Part shown: positions 51,534 to 60,705 of the stretch, piece after piece
Layout of the letters: every line of letters starts with the position of its first letter
How positions within the stretch are numbered: position 1 is the stretch's first letter
IMG/VR virus record: IMGVR_UViG_3300034170_000023
Coordinates: 19,208-83,207 of that record
DNA from: a virus
Direction: 5' to 3' (one strand)
Length of the DNA: 64,000 bases
Translations under genes and position numbers: made by a program
Notes under the pieces: model-generated
The model's database searches: none
What the model was told of the DNA's origin: nothing
Seen by the model: the letters and a program-made list of their open reading frames with translations, nothing else

Positions 51534-52343
51534 TTACAGAGTAATCCAAGTGATCTTATCATCTTTCAATTCTTCAGGTACATCACCGTGGAATGAGTTT
51601 GTAGTGTAGATGTGATCATATGCTTCTGTCAACTGTTTTGTTCCTTTACTGAAAATACCGTGCGTTACGAATAGCTCAAGTTTGTTAGCACCTTGTAGAC
51701 ATTTAGCAAGCTCTGTGAACGTCTTACCACCTTCAATAATATCATCTATCACCAGAAGATTCAGTCCTGTCACATCAGCATCCACTTTAACACTAACAAT
51801 CTGCCCTGTCTTCACATCCCGTACTTTATTTGCAGTGATAACACCTAAAGCATTCTTTTCTTTAGCCCACTTATGAGCTTTCTTATAAGCACCAGCATCA
51901 GGGGCAACAATATAGTACGATTCAAGGTTCTTATTCTTTAGGATATTGTAGCTTTCAAGCACTTGACAGTTATTAATCAAGGCTGATGTCACATCACTAT
52001 GAGGGTCTGCAATCTTAACTTTACTGAAACCACAAGAGTTAATCAACTTAGTCATTACAGAGATACTAAGACTTTCACCTTCGTTACACACGCGATCTTG
52101 ACGAGCATAGGGAATATACTTTAAGTCAAGGACTTTCTTAGCTGATGTGTACTTCCTGTCAATTGCATCACTGACCAATAATAGTGACATAACATCATCG
52201 CTATTCTTCAAGTGTGCAATCACTTCTACAGATTCTACTTTGTCAGCATTAGGATGATATTGGATCTCAACACTAACTTCTCCTGCTGGAAATGTGAACT
52301 GTTTGATACTTTGTGTAATATTTCCAACCTTAATTTTAATCAT
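51534..52343 (-). CDS. PRPP synthetase-family enzyme (Adps-like)
   Basis: FPAGE, Y.PYARQDR, DPHS, PDAGA, DDI..GG.TF, THG.FS. Confidence 0.9.
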   Translation of the reverse strand: MIKIKVGNITQSIKQFTFPAGEVSVEIQYHPNADKVESVEVIAHLKNSDDVMSLLLVSDAIDRKYTSAKKVLDLKYIPYARQDRVCNEGESLSISVMTKLINSCGFSKVKIADPHSDVTSALINNCQVLESYNILKNKNLESYYIVAPDAGAYKKAHKWAKEKNALGVITANKVRDVKTGQIVSVKVDADVTGLNLLVIDDIIEGGKTFTELAKCLQGANKLELFVTHGIFSKGTKQLTEAYDHIYTTNSFHGDVPEELKDDKITWITL

Positions 52344-52682
52344 TTAACACTCTCCACCACTTTATCACAACCACTCCCCATCAATCTAGCAGTAACGCCA
52401 TCTAGAATATCAGGAGTACCAGCACACAATACAATCCACAGTGTGATGAAACCAAAGAACCACTTATCATTATTGCTCATTTAATCTCCCCTTCCAAAGT
52501 AACATACATAGACTCAGCACTAATAATCTTAATACTAGAGCTATTCTTATTAATAACACTTTGTAGTTGTTGTTTAGCTTCTCGTGTGGCTTGGTCACGT
52601 AAGTTAAGGAATGTTGCATCTGCTCCCCAATTACCAACAGTGACTTCTACAACGAGTTTTACTCGTACTGTTGCTGATACCA

Positions 52683-52832
52683 TTACTTCATCTCCTCAAT
52701 TATATTAATTATCTTATCAACAATCTCTTCTACAGAGAACTCACCCTTATCTTCTAGGTCTTCACTCACTTTGTCAACCTATTTCTTGTATTCTGTTAGG
52801 ATGCGTTCACGCTCTTGTTGGGTGAATGTCAC
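52683..52832 (-). pseudogene. Small gene with an internal TAG
   Basis: MTFTQQERERILTEYKK*VDKVSEDLEDK...EEMK; start and stop coupled to both neighbouring genes. Confidence 0.5.
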
Positions 52833-53101
52833 TTACTAGCTCCACATAGGTCAATGTGATCCTTGTCTTTGTTTGCTAGCCAGAATTCCACAAGGTACTC
52901 TAAGCTCTCTATGACACTCGGAATTAAGTTGTCTTTTGTTATTGAACAACCACCATGGCTCTGTGGCCTAATGTGTGGATTAAGTATTTCTTGACAATCA
53001 TCATATATCTCTTCGTAAAAGTTATGCATACTCCCTCCTCTAAGTTAATCTAGCACACACTACCACTCAGCTACCTTATACATCAATCAAAACACACTTT
53101 A

Positions 53102-53135
53102 TATGCATGAATTAGCACCCTCTGAGGCGTTTAAA
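53102..53135 (-). repeat. Dispersed intergenic motif, copy 3
   Basis: Minus strand TTTAAACGCCTCAGAGGGTGCTAATTCATGCATA; 26/34 identical to copy 1. Confidence 0.65.
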
Positions 53136-53177
53136 CTGAAAAGGTAGGCTACCCTACTGGGTTGGTGTTGTCGAGAG

Positions 53178-53480
53178 TTATTTACCCTCAAACTCAGCCT
53201 TTAGGCGACGATACATTTCTTTCTTGTCATCTTCCTTAAGCTTAGCTTCGTGATATTCTTTCTGCAACCTTTCTTGGTATTCACCCTCAGTCTCTTCACG
53301 TTCATACTCAAAGCACATACGGAATTCATCGTCGTCATAGCCATCTACCCAGATTCTAGCTACCGAATCTCCCGGAGCGGTCTTACGGATTTCTTGCAGA
53401 TACTCAATGACATCATCAAGGGTTTGTTTCTTCCAAGAGAATGTGATATCTATGGATTCGTCTTCTATGATCTTTTTCAT
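53178..53480 (-). CDS. Hypothetical protein
   Basis: R.ET..EY..R...Y.RLK.EFE tail common in phage proteins. Confidence 0.6.
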   Translation of the reverse strand: MKKIIEDESIDITFSWKKQTLDDVIEYLQEIRKTAPGDSVARIWVDGYDDDEFRMCFEYEREETEGEYQERLQKEYHEAKLKEDDKKEMYRRLKAEFEGK

Positions 53481-54017
53481 TGGTACATTTTCTTTACAAG
53501 AATAGCTTTATGAATGGCATTGTTATAATTCAGCATGCACTTGATATCATGAACATCATTCTCTGCACCAAAGTGGTACTCTAGGAATGCGTCATTAGCC
53601 TCCTCAAAGGCTAGGTACTCAGATAGTGGAATGGTGATTGTGGGTTCGTCTTTAGTATTCATTTTGTTTCTCCTTATTAATTTGATGGGTAGAGGATAGC
53701 ACCTGTGTAGGTGGGAAAGCAATAGGAGATGTGTAAAGATTTCTTTGGGGTTGGTGGTTGACAGAGAGATATGTTCAGGTCATAATCCGTTGGTTGGAAA
53801 TGGAGCTAAATAGCTGCAGAGGAGAATCACCCACACAATTTGAAAAAGTGGGTATCAAAACAATCTGCACACCGTAGCCTGTGGTTATGTCATCTTGTTC
53901 CTTATATATAAGGAAACTACAGCAAGTGATAAAGGTATTAGTATATAAGATTGATTGGGTATTGACATTAGCACCAATTTAGGATAGAATTGGTGTACAC
54001 ATAGAGGAGAAACAGCT

Positions 54018-54749
54018 TTGATTATTGAAGATGGTGAACGGACTTTCTGGGTAGATACTGATACTGGAGAGATTGAGGCTGAGCAAGTAAACTTTGTAAC
54101 CACTAATAAAAAGAGAAAGAAAGAAGATAAATACTATTCTGATTCCCTACTCAGCACTACAACAGCCCGTAGTAAAGATGATATTGAGGCTTTCATTAAG
54201 GCAACTATAGACAAGCGTAAACTAATCACACTAAACAATGCACGTCTGTACCATGATGTAAACTGTGGTGAAGTGATGAGGAACGGAACAAAGAATAACT
54301 TTACAGTGCCAGCATACAATATAATGGAAAAGCTAATTAATGCCTTAACACTAAACAACTGTATTATTTGTACACCAGAAGATTTAGGTGTAATCTTGGA
54401 TTGTGATCCAAAGCATAATAAACGTACATTAGAATCTTGTAAGTCTTTGGTTAGGTATCAAGGTACTAGAGACATGCAACGTGGTTTTGTTAAGTTGTTT
54501 ATCAACCCTGCATTCGGTTGGAAGGGTGATTGTTCTATAGCTTACCGAAATCAACAGCGTGCAACAGGTGATTGGTATAGTGGTTTGAATACAGATTTAA
54601 AAGAGTTTGATGTAGGTGCATCTGGAGATATGAAGTTCAGCCCGACATTAGATAAATGGTTACTTGAATTGACAAGCAGAGCTAAACCCTTCAGCGAAGA
54701 TGCAGACTTATTTCGTGCATCATTTTTTAGTATTAAAGGTATGATTTAA
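54018..54749 (+). CDS. Putative RepL-like / winged-helix replication or DNA-binding protein
   Basis: VD.DTGEI start, HTH-like segment, LFINPAFGWKG; own sigma70 promoter at 53962. Confidence 0.4.
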   Translation: MIIEDGERTFWVDTDTGEIEAEQVNFVTTNKKRKKEDKYYSDSLLSTTTARSKDDIEAFIKATIDKRKLITLNNARLYHDVNCGEVMRNGTKNNFTVPAYNIMEKLINALTLNNCIICTPEDLGVILDCDPKHNKRTLESCKSLVRYQGTRDMQRGFVKLFINPAFGWKGDCSIAYRNQQRATGDWYSGLNTDLKEFDVGASGDMKFSPTLDKWLLELTSRAKPFSEDADLFRASFFSIKGMI

Positions 54750-55732
54750 TGAAGTATGAGGGATCTATCACAGAGTTAAGACATGATAATGAGCTATCAG
54801 ATAAAGGTCAGTATAAATATGTTGGGAGTTTCCAAGAGAAAGGCGTAGTTAGGATATTCATCTTTCTTTGTACTGTTTGCGAGAAAGATAAAGAGTTGTT
54901 TGGAGATGGCCTATTCTGGACAAGAAAGCAAGACTTTAAGAATAATCAACTCTTTTGTGGTTGTGCTAAAAAGGTGACTTGGACACTAGAGCAGTCAGAA
55001 ACTAAGTCAATAAGGGCCGCGTCAGAAGCTGGTAATACATTTGAAGGTATAATAGAGCCATATATTGGTGGCTCAAGTAGGTGTAACCTCTCTTGTGCTG
55101 TATGTAACCATAAATGGACATCTAAGCTATCTAACTTATGGGCCCTTAAGAGGGGTTGTCCAAGTTGTAGGACTATAAAATTTTTAACTGCTGCTAAATT
55201 TGCAAATTTAAAACCGGATTCAATTATCACTAAGTCTTTTATGGAAACAGGAGCCTACCACCCACACACCATATTTACAAAGATTGACAGGAAGGCTAAA
55301 AATTCTAAAACTAATTATTGGAGTGTGTATTGTCCAATATGTGAAGAGACGTCTGAGTGTCAGCAAGGTCACTTACTAAAAGGCAGCATTTCGTGTGGGT
55401 GCTCTATGCACAACCAAATGGAGTCTTATATTAATCTAGTGAAAGATGGAGATGAAGTCGTAGCTATAAAATTTGGCATATCAAAAGATTCCCATAAGAG
55501 ACTAGTATCTCACAACTATAATACAACGTATAATGTTGAAATGCTGAGTATTTTTAAATATGATAAAAGCATAGATTGTAAAGCAGCAGAGCGGGAGTGT
55601 CTAGATACACTAGCGTGCGGTATAATTGAAAAAGAAATGTTTCATGGCGGCTGGACCGAAACAACATACCCATACAATATAGATGTTGTGTCACGTATAT
55701 TTAAGAAGTTTGGAGGTGTGCGTATATTTTAG
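54749..55732 (+). mobile_element. Homing endonuclease: Zn-ribbon repeats plus C-terminal GIY-YIG/T5orf172-like domain
   Basis: Multiple CxxC; SYI...IKFGIS....R...E...GWTET. Confidence 0.7.
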
Positions 55733-56068
55733 ATATTTATTTTACACTATGCTTGACATTCACACAGTAAGTTTGATAGAGTCCTCCTATTGAAACCAAC
55801 TAAGGAGTCCACAATAATGGGCGAAGTAAACTTTTGTTCAGAATGTGGACGAATTAACAACTACTGTGTATGTCATATTGAAGTAGAATACTTAGAAGAA
55901 AGCACTGAAGTATTCCGTGGAGAATATGCTTTTGAGGGCCTAACAGACCCAGATACAAGTATGTTTAAAACTATTTTACCTAAATATGAATAAATAGTTG
56001 ACAAATTAATATAAGTATGCCAGTATTAGGTATATCTAGTTGAAAGGCTGGATATACCTAATCAATCG

Positions 56069-56400
56069 AAGTACACATGTACCCCGGCAGATAGTGTATG
56101 GCTTCATTGCACGTAGGGTGAGACGTTGGTTACTGGCAATTGAATGCTTTACAGGTCACTTATTAATAAATTAAAACTCACTCTGGTTAATCTTAAGTGA
56201 GTTAATGTTTATTGTAGTGAGTTTTAAAGTGACACGGATACTACGTTCATACGCGGCGTAGTACGTTGACAAGTAGGCTCAGTCAATTCAACTTGGATGC
56301 TAGATTAACAAGGGTGGACTACGAGAGCCATACAAATCTAGTAGCGTCTACGAAAAGACAGGGTGTAAAATAGAAGTGTACCTTGGGCTAAATGCTCAGC
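56069..56400 (+). ncRNA. Large multibranch structured RNA (unassigned)
   Basis: No ORF of 60 aa or more; nested long-range helices with G-U pairs; TTGACA promoter at 55998. Confidence 0.6.
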
Positions 56401-56690
56401 ACTCCTAACAACAAAGCTCCTATAAACTCCCTCTCCTTATAAAGCTTTGTTCTCCTCGCAGGCTTATGACAACTGCTGCTTTCCTCCTTCTCAGTAGTTG
56501 TCTCCTTAAATAGTCCTGCATTAAAGACCCTTTATTTCCTCTCCTTAGTAGAGTGGTCTTTGGCATCTTATACGTGTTTACTCTCCTATCACGTATAAGA
56601 TGTATTTCTTAAGAATCTTCCTTCTGTTGAATATTGTACGGAATTTGGTATTTAGCCAATATAGTCCTACGAGGATTCTTAAGAAATGCA
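56401..56690 (+). ncRNA. Hairpin array displaying anti-Shine-Dalgarno CUCCU motifs
   Basis: 8 CTCCT copies in about 190 nt; four hairpins with C/U-rich loops; terminal 20-bp stem. Confidence 0.65.
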
Positions 56691-56722
56691 TTTAATTTAA
56701 AATAACAATGTTTGAGGTAATT

Positions 56723-57055
56723 ATGTCACTAATTATGAAGCGTGGTGATAGCGTAAATTACCTCGCAGTTATTCCAGATACATTTCCAGATGGCTACTTC
56801 ACAAATTGGTCAGTAGCAAGTCAGATCCGTACAGCTCAATATGACATCTTAGTCACTTCTCTAACGTGTACATGGGCAGACCCTCTCACTACACGTAACC
56901 TTCTAGTCACAGAGATTGTGACAACAGATTGGAAACTTGGTAAGGCTCTTATTGATATTCAATTCGTAAGAGACAGTGATGGCTTCACTCTTAGTACAAA
57001 TACTCTAGAGATTGAGATTGTACGTGACATTACACATCCAGATACAGTGGTGTAA
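56723..57055 (+). CDS. Virion structural protein (BppU-N-like Ig fold)
   Basis: KRGDS...W.VASQIR...T.DW..G...DIQF...ST..L.I...DIT pattern. Confidence 0.5.
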   Translation: MSLIMKRGDSVNYLAVIPDTFPDGYFTNWSVASQIRTAQYDILVTSLTCTWADPLTTRNLLVTEIVTTDWKLGKALIDIQFVRDSDGFTLSTNTLEIEIVRDITHPDTVV

Positions 57056-57057
57056 GT

Positions 57058-57396
57058 ATGTCAGATCCTTGCATTATCAATGTCACGTTTACAAATAACA
57101 ACCCATCCTTTGTACTATCTCCTGTAAGTCCATCATCCCTTCCTATTGATATTGTTGATGCTATCAAAGGTGAGAAGGGTGAGCAAGGTATTCCGGGAGA
57201 CAGTACAAGCTTTGTGTGGACACAATCCATAGCATTAGACACTTGGACAGTTCCTCACAACCTTAACAAGTACCCTTCAGCTAGTATAGTTGATACAAAC
57301 AATAATCTTGTATTATCAGATGTATCCTACGTTGACATGAACACTATTCAAATCAAGCACGGCTCAGCATTTGCGGGCAAAGCATACCTAAACTGA
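57058..57396 (+). CDS. Fibre-associated protein with short collagen repeat
   Basis: GEKGEQGIPG; WTVPHNLNKYPS...AFAGKAYLN. Confidence 0.6.
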   Translation: MSDPCIINVTFTNNNPSFVLSPVSPSSLPIDIVDAIKGEKGEQGIPGDSTSFVWTQSIALDTWTVPHNLNKYPSASIVDTNNNLVLSDVSYVDMNTIQIKHGSAFAGKAYLN

Positions 57397-57412
57397 GCAC
57401 GAGGCTTCCTAC

Positions 57413-58135
57413 ATGAAAGTTACAAACGTACTAGACCTAAATGGTTTTAAAGCTATCAATGCTGTAGATGGTGTAAGCCCACAAGACTACGCCACAGTAA
57501 ATCAGCTTAATGCTGCTGTTCAAGGTTTCTCTTGGAAACAACCTGTACGAGCTGCTACAACAGCTAACATTACATTGTCTGGTGCTCAGAGCATTGATGG
57601 TGTCAGTGTTGTTGCTGGTGACCGTGTATTGGTTAAAGCACAGACTACAGGTAGCGCTAACGGTATTTATGTTGCAGCATCAGGGTCATGGACTCGTGCA
57701 ACAGATATGGATATCTCCTCAGAGCTATTGCTAGCTACAGTCTTTGTCAGTGAGGGCACTACTCTAGGCAACTCTGCTTGGACAATGACTACTGATGCAC
57801 CTATCACTCTTGGTACAACGTCGTTAGTGTGGGCACAAACCTCTGGTGGCAGCTCTTACACTGCTGGCAATGGTATCACCATCACTTCTGGTGTGATTGC
57901 CGTAGACCCAACTGTAACAGCCCGTAAAGCATCCGCAACGATTGGTGATGGTACATCTACAACTATCACATTTACACACAGTCTTAACACACAAGATGTT
58001 ATTGTGAGTGTAAAAGAGGTTAGTACAAATGCTGGTGTACTTGTTGATTGGGTAGCTAACGGCGTTAACACTGTACAGCTTACTTTTGGCACAGCACCAA
58101 CAACTGGTCAATATCGTGTGTCAGTGGTGGCTTAA
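57413..58135 (+). CDS. Head/tail fibre-like virion protein
   Basis: WKQPVRAATTANITLSG.Q.IDGV...GDRVLVK.QT...NGIY...W.RATD. Confidence 0.7.
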   Translation: MKVTNVLDLNGFKAINAVDGVSPQDYATVNQLNAAVQGFSWKQPVRAATTANITLSGAQSIDGVSVVAGDRVLVKAQTTGSANGIYVAASGSWTRATDMDISSELLLATVFVSEGTTLGNSAWTMTTDAPITLGTTSLVWAQTSGGSSYTAGNGITITSGVIAVDPTVTARKASATIGDGTSTTITFTHSLNTQDVIVSVKEVSTNAGVLVDWVANGVNTVQLTFGTAPTTGQYRVSVVA

Positions 58136-59091
58136 TGAAGTACCTTGGTGGATCAACAGCTAACACCAAAGATGTAGTAACACAAGATCAAATTATAGGT
58201 ATTGCAAACTTCACCCATACACTGAATATTGCATCTCCTAATGCAACAGTGCCTGTGATTGGACTAGGTGTTGTAAGTACGGCAACAAATGCTGACTTAG
58301 CTATCACTCCAAAAGGTACGGGCGCGATAACTGCGCAGGTTGCAACAAGTACAGCTGTGGGTGGCAATAAAAGGGGATTAAATGCACTGGACCTTCAAAC
58401 AAGCCGATCTGGAGCAGCACAAGTTGCATCTGGAAACTACTCAGTTGTTATGGGGCAAGGCTGCACAGCTAGTGGTGCAAACTCCACAGCTGTAGGTTAT
58501 TTCTGCACTTCCTCGGGGATAAGCTCAATAGCATTGGGCGATACATGCACGGCTAGCGGAACAGATTCCGTTTCCATGGGAGTAAATAATACAGCCAGTG
58601 GCTCTGCATCTACTGTTTACGGTGGCCAGTACGGTACTACTAGAGGTATTACAGGAGCCACAGCTTGGGGTTCCTATAGTGCTGCACTAGGGCAAACACA
58701 GACTGGACAGTTTCTTCTACGTGCTGATACGGTTGGTGCAACTCCTACAAGAGTAACAGAGACAGGTGGAGCTGCGTCTTCTAACAACGGTCCAGTCCTC
58801 CCTAATACTTCAACTTACTACTGTCGCATTCGCGTCTTAGCCCGTAACACTACAAACGGTGATAGTGCTAGTTGGAGTGGAACAGCCCTGATACATAGAG
58901 AAGCTAACGCTGCAAGTACAGTGTTGATTGGGACTCCCGTTATAACACAAGACTACGCAAGCGCATCTCTAGTGACTGCCGCAGTAACTATCTCAGCAGA
59001 TACTACTCTAGGTGCTTTGGCAGTGACAGGGATTGCAGCTACTAACATTCGATGGGTAGCACATGTAGAGACTCTGGAAGCTACTAACTAA
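58135..59091 (+). CDS. Fibre protein with YadA/Hep_Hag-type head repeats
   Basis: Five 14-aa repeats ASG..S.A.G...T. Confidence 0.65.
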   Translation: MKYLGGSTANTKDVVTQDQIIGIANFTHTLNIASPNATVPVIGLGVVSTATNADLAITPKGTGAITAQVATSTAVGGNKRGLNALDLQTSRSGAAQVASGNYSVVMGQGCTASGANSTAVGYFCTSSGISSIALGDTCTASGTDSVSMGVNNTASGSASTVYGGQYGTTRGITGATAWGSYSAALGQTQTGQFLLRADTVGATPTRVTETGGAASSNNGPVLPNTSTYYCRIRVLARNTTNGDSASWSGTALIHREANAASTVLIGTPVITQDYASASLVTAAVTISADTTLGALAVTGIAATNIRWVAHVETLEATN

Positions 59092-59095
59092 GGAT

Positions 59096-59509
59096 ATGAT
59101 CATGGCAGGACCAACTAAAGATAAGCAAACAGCAGCTCAGAAAGCTACAAGGTTTGATGGTGAGAAAAGTAACCGGAATCAACGCTCAAATAGTAAGGTC
59201 CGTATTCAGAAGTCTAAACTTCGTATTACTGCTGAGAAACTTCGTGAGATTGAGCCAACTGCACTTGAGAATATCAAGAATAGTGTAGAAGGTAAAGATG
59301 TTGAGGCTAAGATGCTTTCCACTTCTCAGTGGGTTATCACTAGCATTATTGCTCTAGATCGTGCTGCTGCTGGGGAAGAAACATCCCTCACTAAGCTTCG
59401 TCTTGAAGGTAAACGAGATGATGACGAAGAACAAGAAGTTGCAGAGATTGTGAAACTTGTTCCTAAGACACGCCTTGAGTTGAACTGGATTGATCCAGAA
59501 GCTAAATGA
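59096..59509 (+). CDS. Probable terminase small subunit
   Basis: KATRF..E..N basic N-terminus, helical core; upstream of TerL. Confidence 0.5.
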   Translation: MIMAGPTKDKQTAAQKATRFDGEKSNRNQRSNSKVRIQKSKLRITAEKLREIEPTALENIKNSVEGKDVEAKMLSTSQWVITSIIALDRAAAGEETSLTKLRLEGKRDDDEEQEVAEIVKLVPKTRLELNWIDPEAK

Positions 59510-59649
59510 TTTACCAGTTACCTTTGAGATATAGGGTAACTTAATAAGTCTTTTAAAATAATTGAAATATAACTTATAGAAGCTTGACTTATAGTGTAGT
59601 ACAGTGGTATTCTTTGCTCCTTGAAACAACTAACACAAGGAGACGAACA

Positions 59650-60000
59650 ATGCTACAAGATATTAAGGTGATGGCCACCGACCCAATTGAATTCTTTAAA
59701 GTATCACAAGAAGCTATCATTCGTGGAGCACGACTTAAGAGTAATACTTTTGTATCTCTCAAGACAATGCCTCTCATGGTTGAGCTTACAGTGGAAGTAG
59801 AAGATCCTGAGAGTCAGTGGACAGATAAGGGTCCAAACATTTGGGCAACTCCTATTGCAGCTAAGGTTTACACTAAAGAAGAATTGGATGGGTTAGAGTG
59901 GGAAGCTTTCAAGAAGCTAGTAAAAGATACTACAGGCGAGACTGGTAGGGACCGTAACCTACTTATTACTAAGTATTTGAAACATACAAATCAAATTTAA
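59650..60000 (+). CDS. Hypothetical protein
   Basis: AAGGAG RBS; promoter at 59585. Confidence 0.6.
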   Translation: MLQDIKVMATDPIEFFKVSQEAIIRGARLKSNTFVSLKTMPLMVELTVEVEDPESQWTDKGPNIWATPIAAKVYTKEELDGLEWEAFKKLVKDTTGETGRDRNLLITKYLKHTNQI

Positions 60001-60012
60001 GGAGTTAAACAA

Positions 60013-60315
60013 ATGAATGAAGTAGAGATTGAGCAAGAGATTCAATACAAGAATCTCAATGCCCCACGCCTTACCCCTACACTGATTGACTCCAAGATTG
60101 TCGGTGAAGATTACTATGTATTCCCTAAGACTACAGTTACAGTGTGTTGTTTGAAACTAGAGAATGGATTCACAGTTGTTGGTGAAAGTGCTTGTGCTAG
60201 CCCTGAGAACTTTGATCAAGAGATTGGTAAAAAGATTGCTCGTGAAAATGCGCGAGAAAAGATTTGGTTGCTTGAAGGTTATCTCTTGCGTCAAAAGCTT
60301 AGCGAGGCTATCTAA
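60013..60315 (+). CDS. N4 gp49/Sf6 gp66-family protein (Acb4-like nucleotide sponge candidate)
   Basis: APR.T...I...T.TVC.L.L.NGFTV.GESAC.SPENFD.EIG.KIAR.NA..KIW.LEGYLL. Confidence 0.8.
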   Translation: MNEVEIEQEIQYKNLNAPRLTPTLIDSKIVGEDYYVFPKTTVTVCCLKLENGFTVVGESACASPENFDQEIGKKIARENAREKIWLLEGYLLRQKLSEAI

Positions 60316-60705
60316 ATGAACATGGGCGACCTTATTGCTCTCTTGTTCCTCTCACGAGAACAAGCACATCGAGCACACTTTAAAGCACAAGGGAACGGTA
60401 GCTACGCTGCCCATGTAGCCTTGAATGACTTCTATGATGCTATCATTGACAACGCTGATACGATTACAGAAAAGTATCAAGGTGAATTTGGTGTGCTTAT
60501 TGACATTCCTTTTCTAGAGCCTAGTGAAGCCTCTGTAGCTGATGTCTATGGGACAATTCTAGAAGAGTTGAAATCTCATAAGGGCTGGATTGATCAGCAT
60601 CGTTATGAAGTGTGTCCTAAAGAGAAGACAGCAATTCAGAATTTGATTGATGAAAGTGTAGCCACTTATGAAGAAGCTATTTATAAGTTGACGTTTTTGA
60701 AGTAA
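60316..60705 (+). CDS. Ferritin/Dps-like four-helix protein (DUF5856-like)
   Basis: H..H...SYA.H.AL..FY......D...E.YQG; QN.IDE...YKL.FL. Confidence 0.7.
   Translation: MNMGDLIALLFLSREQAHRAHFKAQGNGSYAAHVALNDFYDAIIDNADTITEKYQGEFGVLIDIPFLEPSEASVADVYGTILEELKSHKGWIDQHRYEVCPKEKTAIQNLIDESVATYEEAIYKLTFLK

Noticed and set aside
56401-56603. Minus-strand RsmY/RsmZ/CsrB-like RNA with AGGA loops
   Set aside because: Several stem positions are G-U on the + strand but A-C mismatches on the - strand, and the visible promoter faces +. Disfavoured, not excluded.
55990-56700. tRNA cluster, tmRNA or RNase P RNA
   Set aside because: No cloverleaf with a GTTCRA T-loop, no tmRNA ends and no RNase P P4 motif seen.
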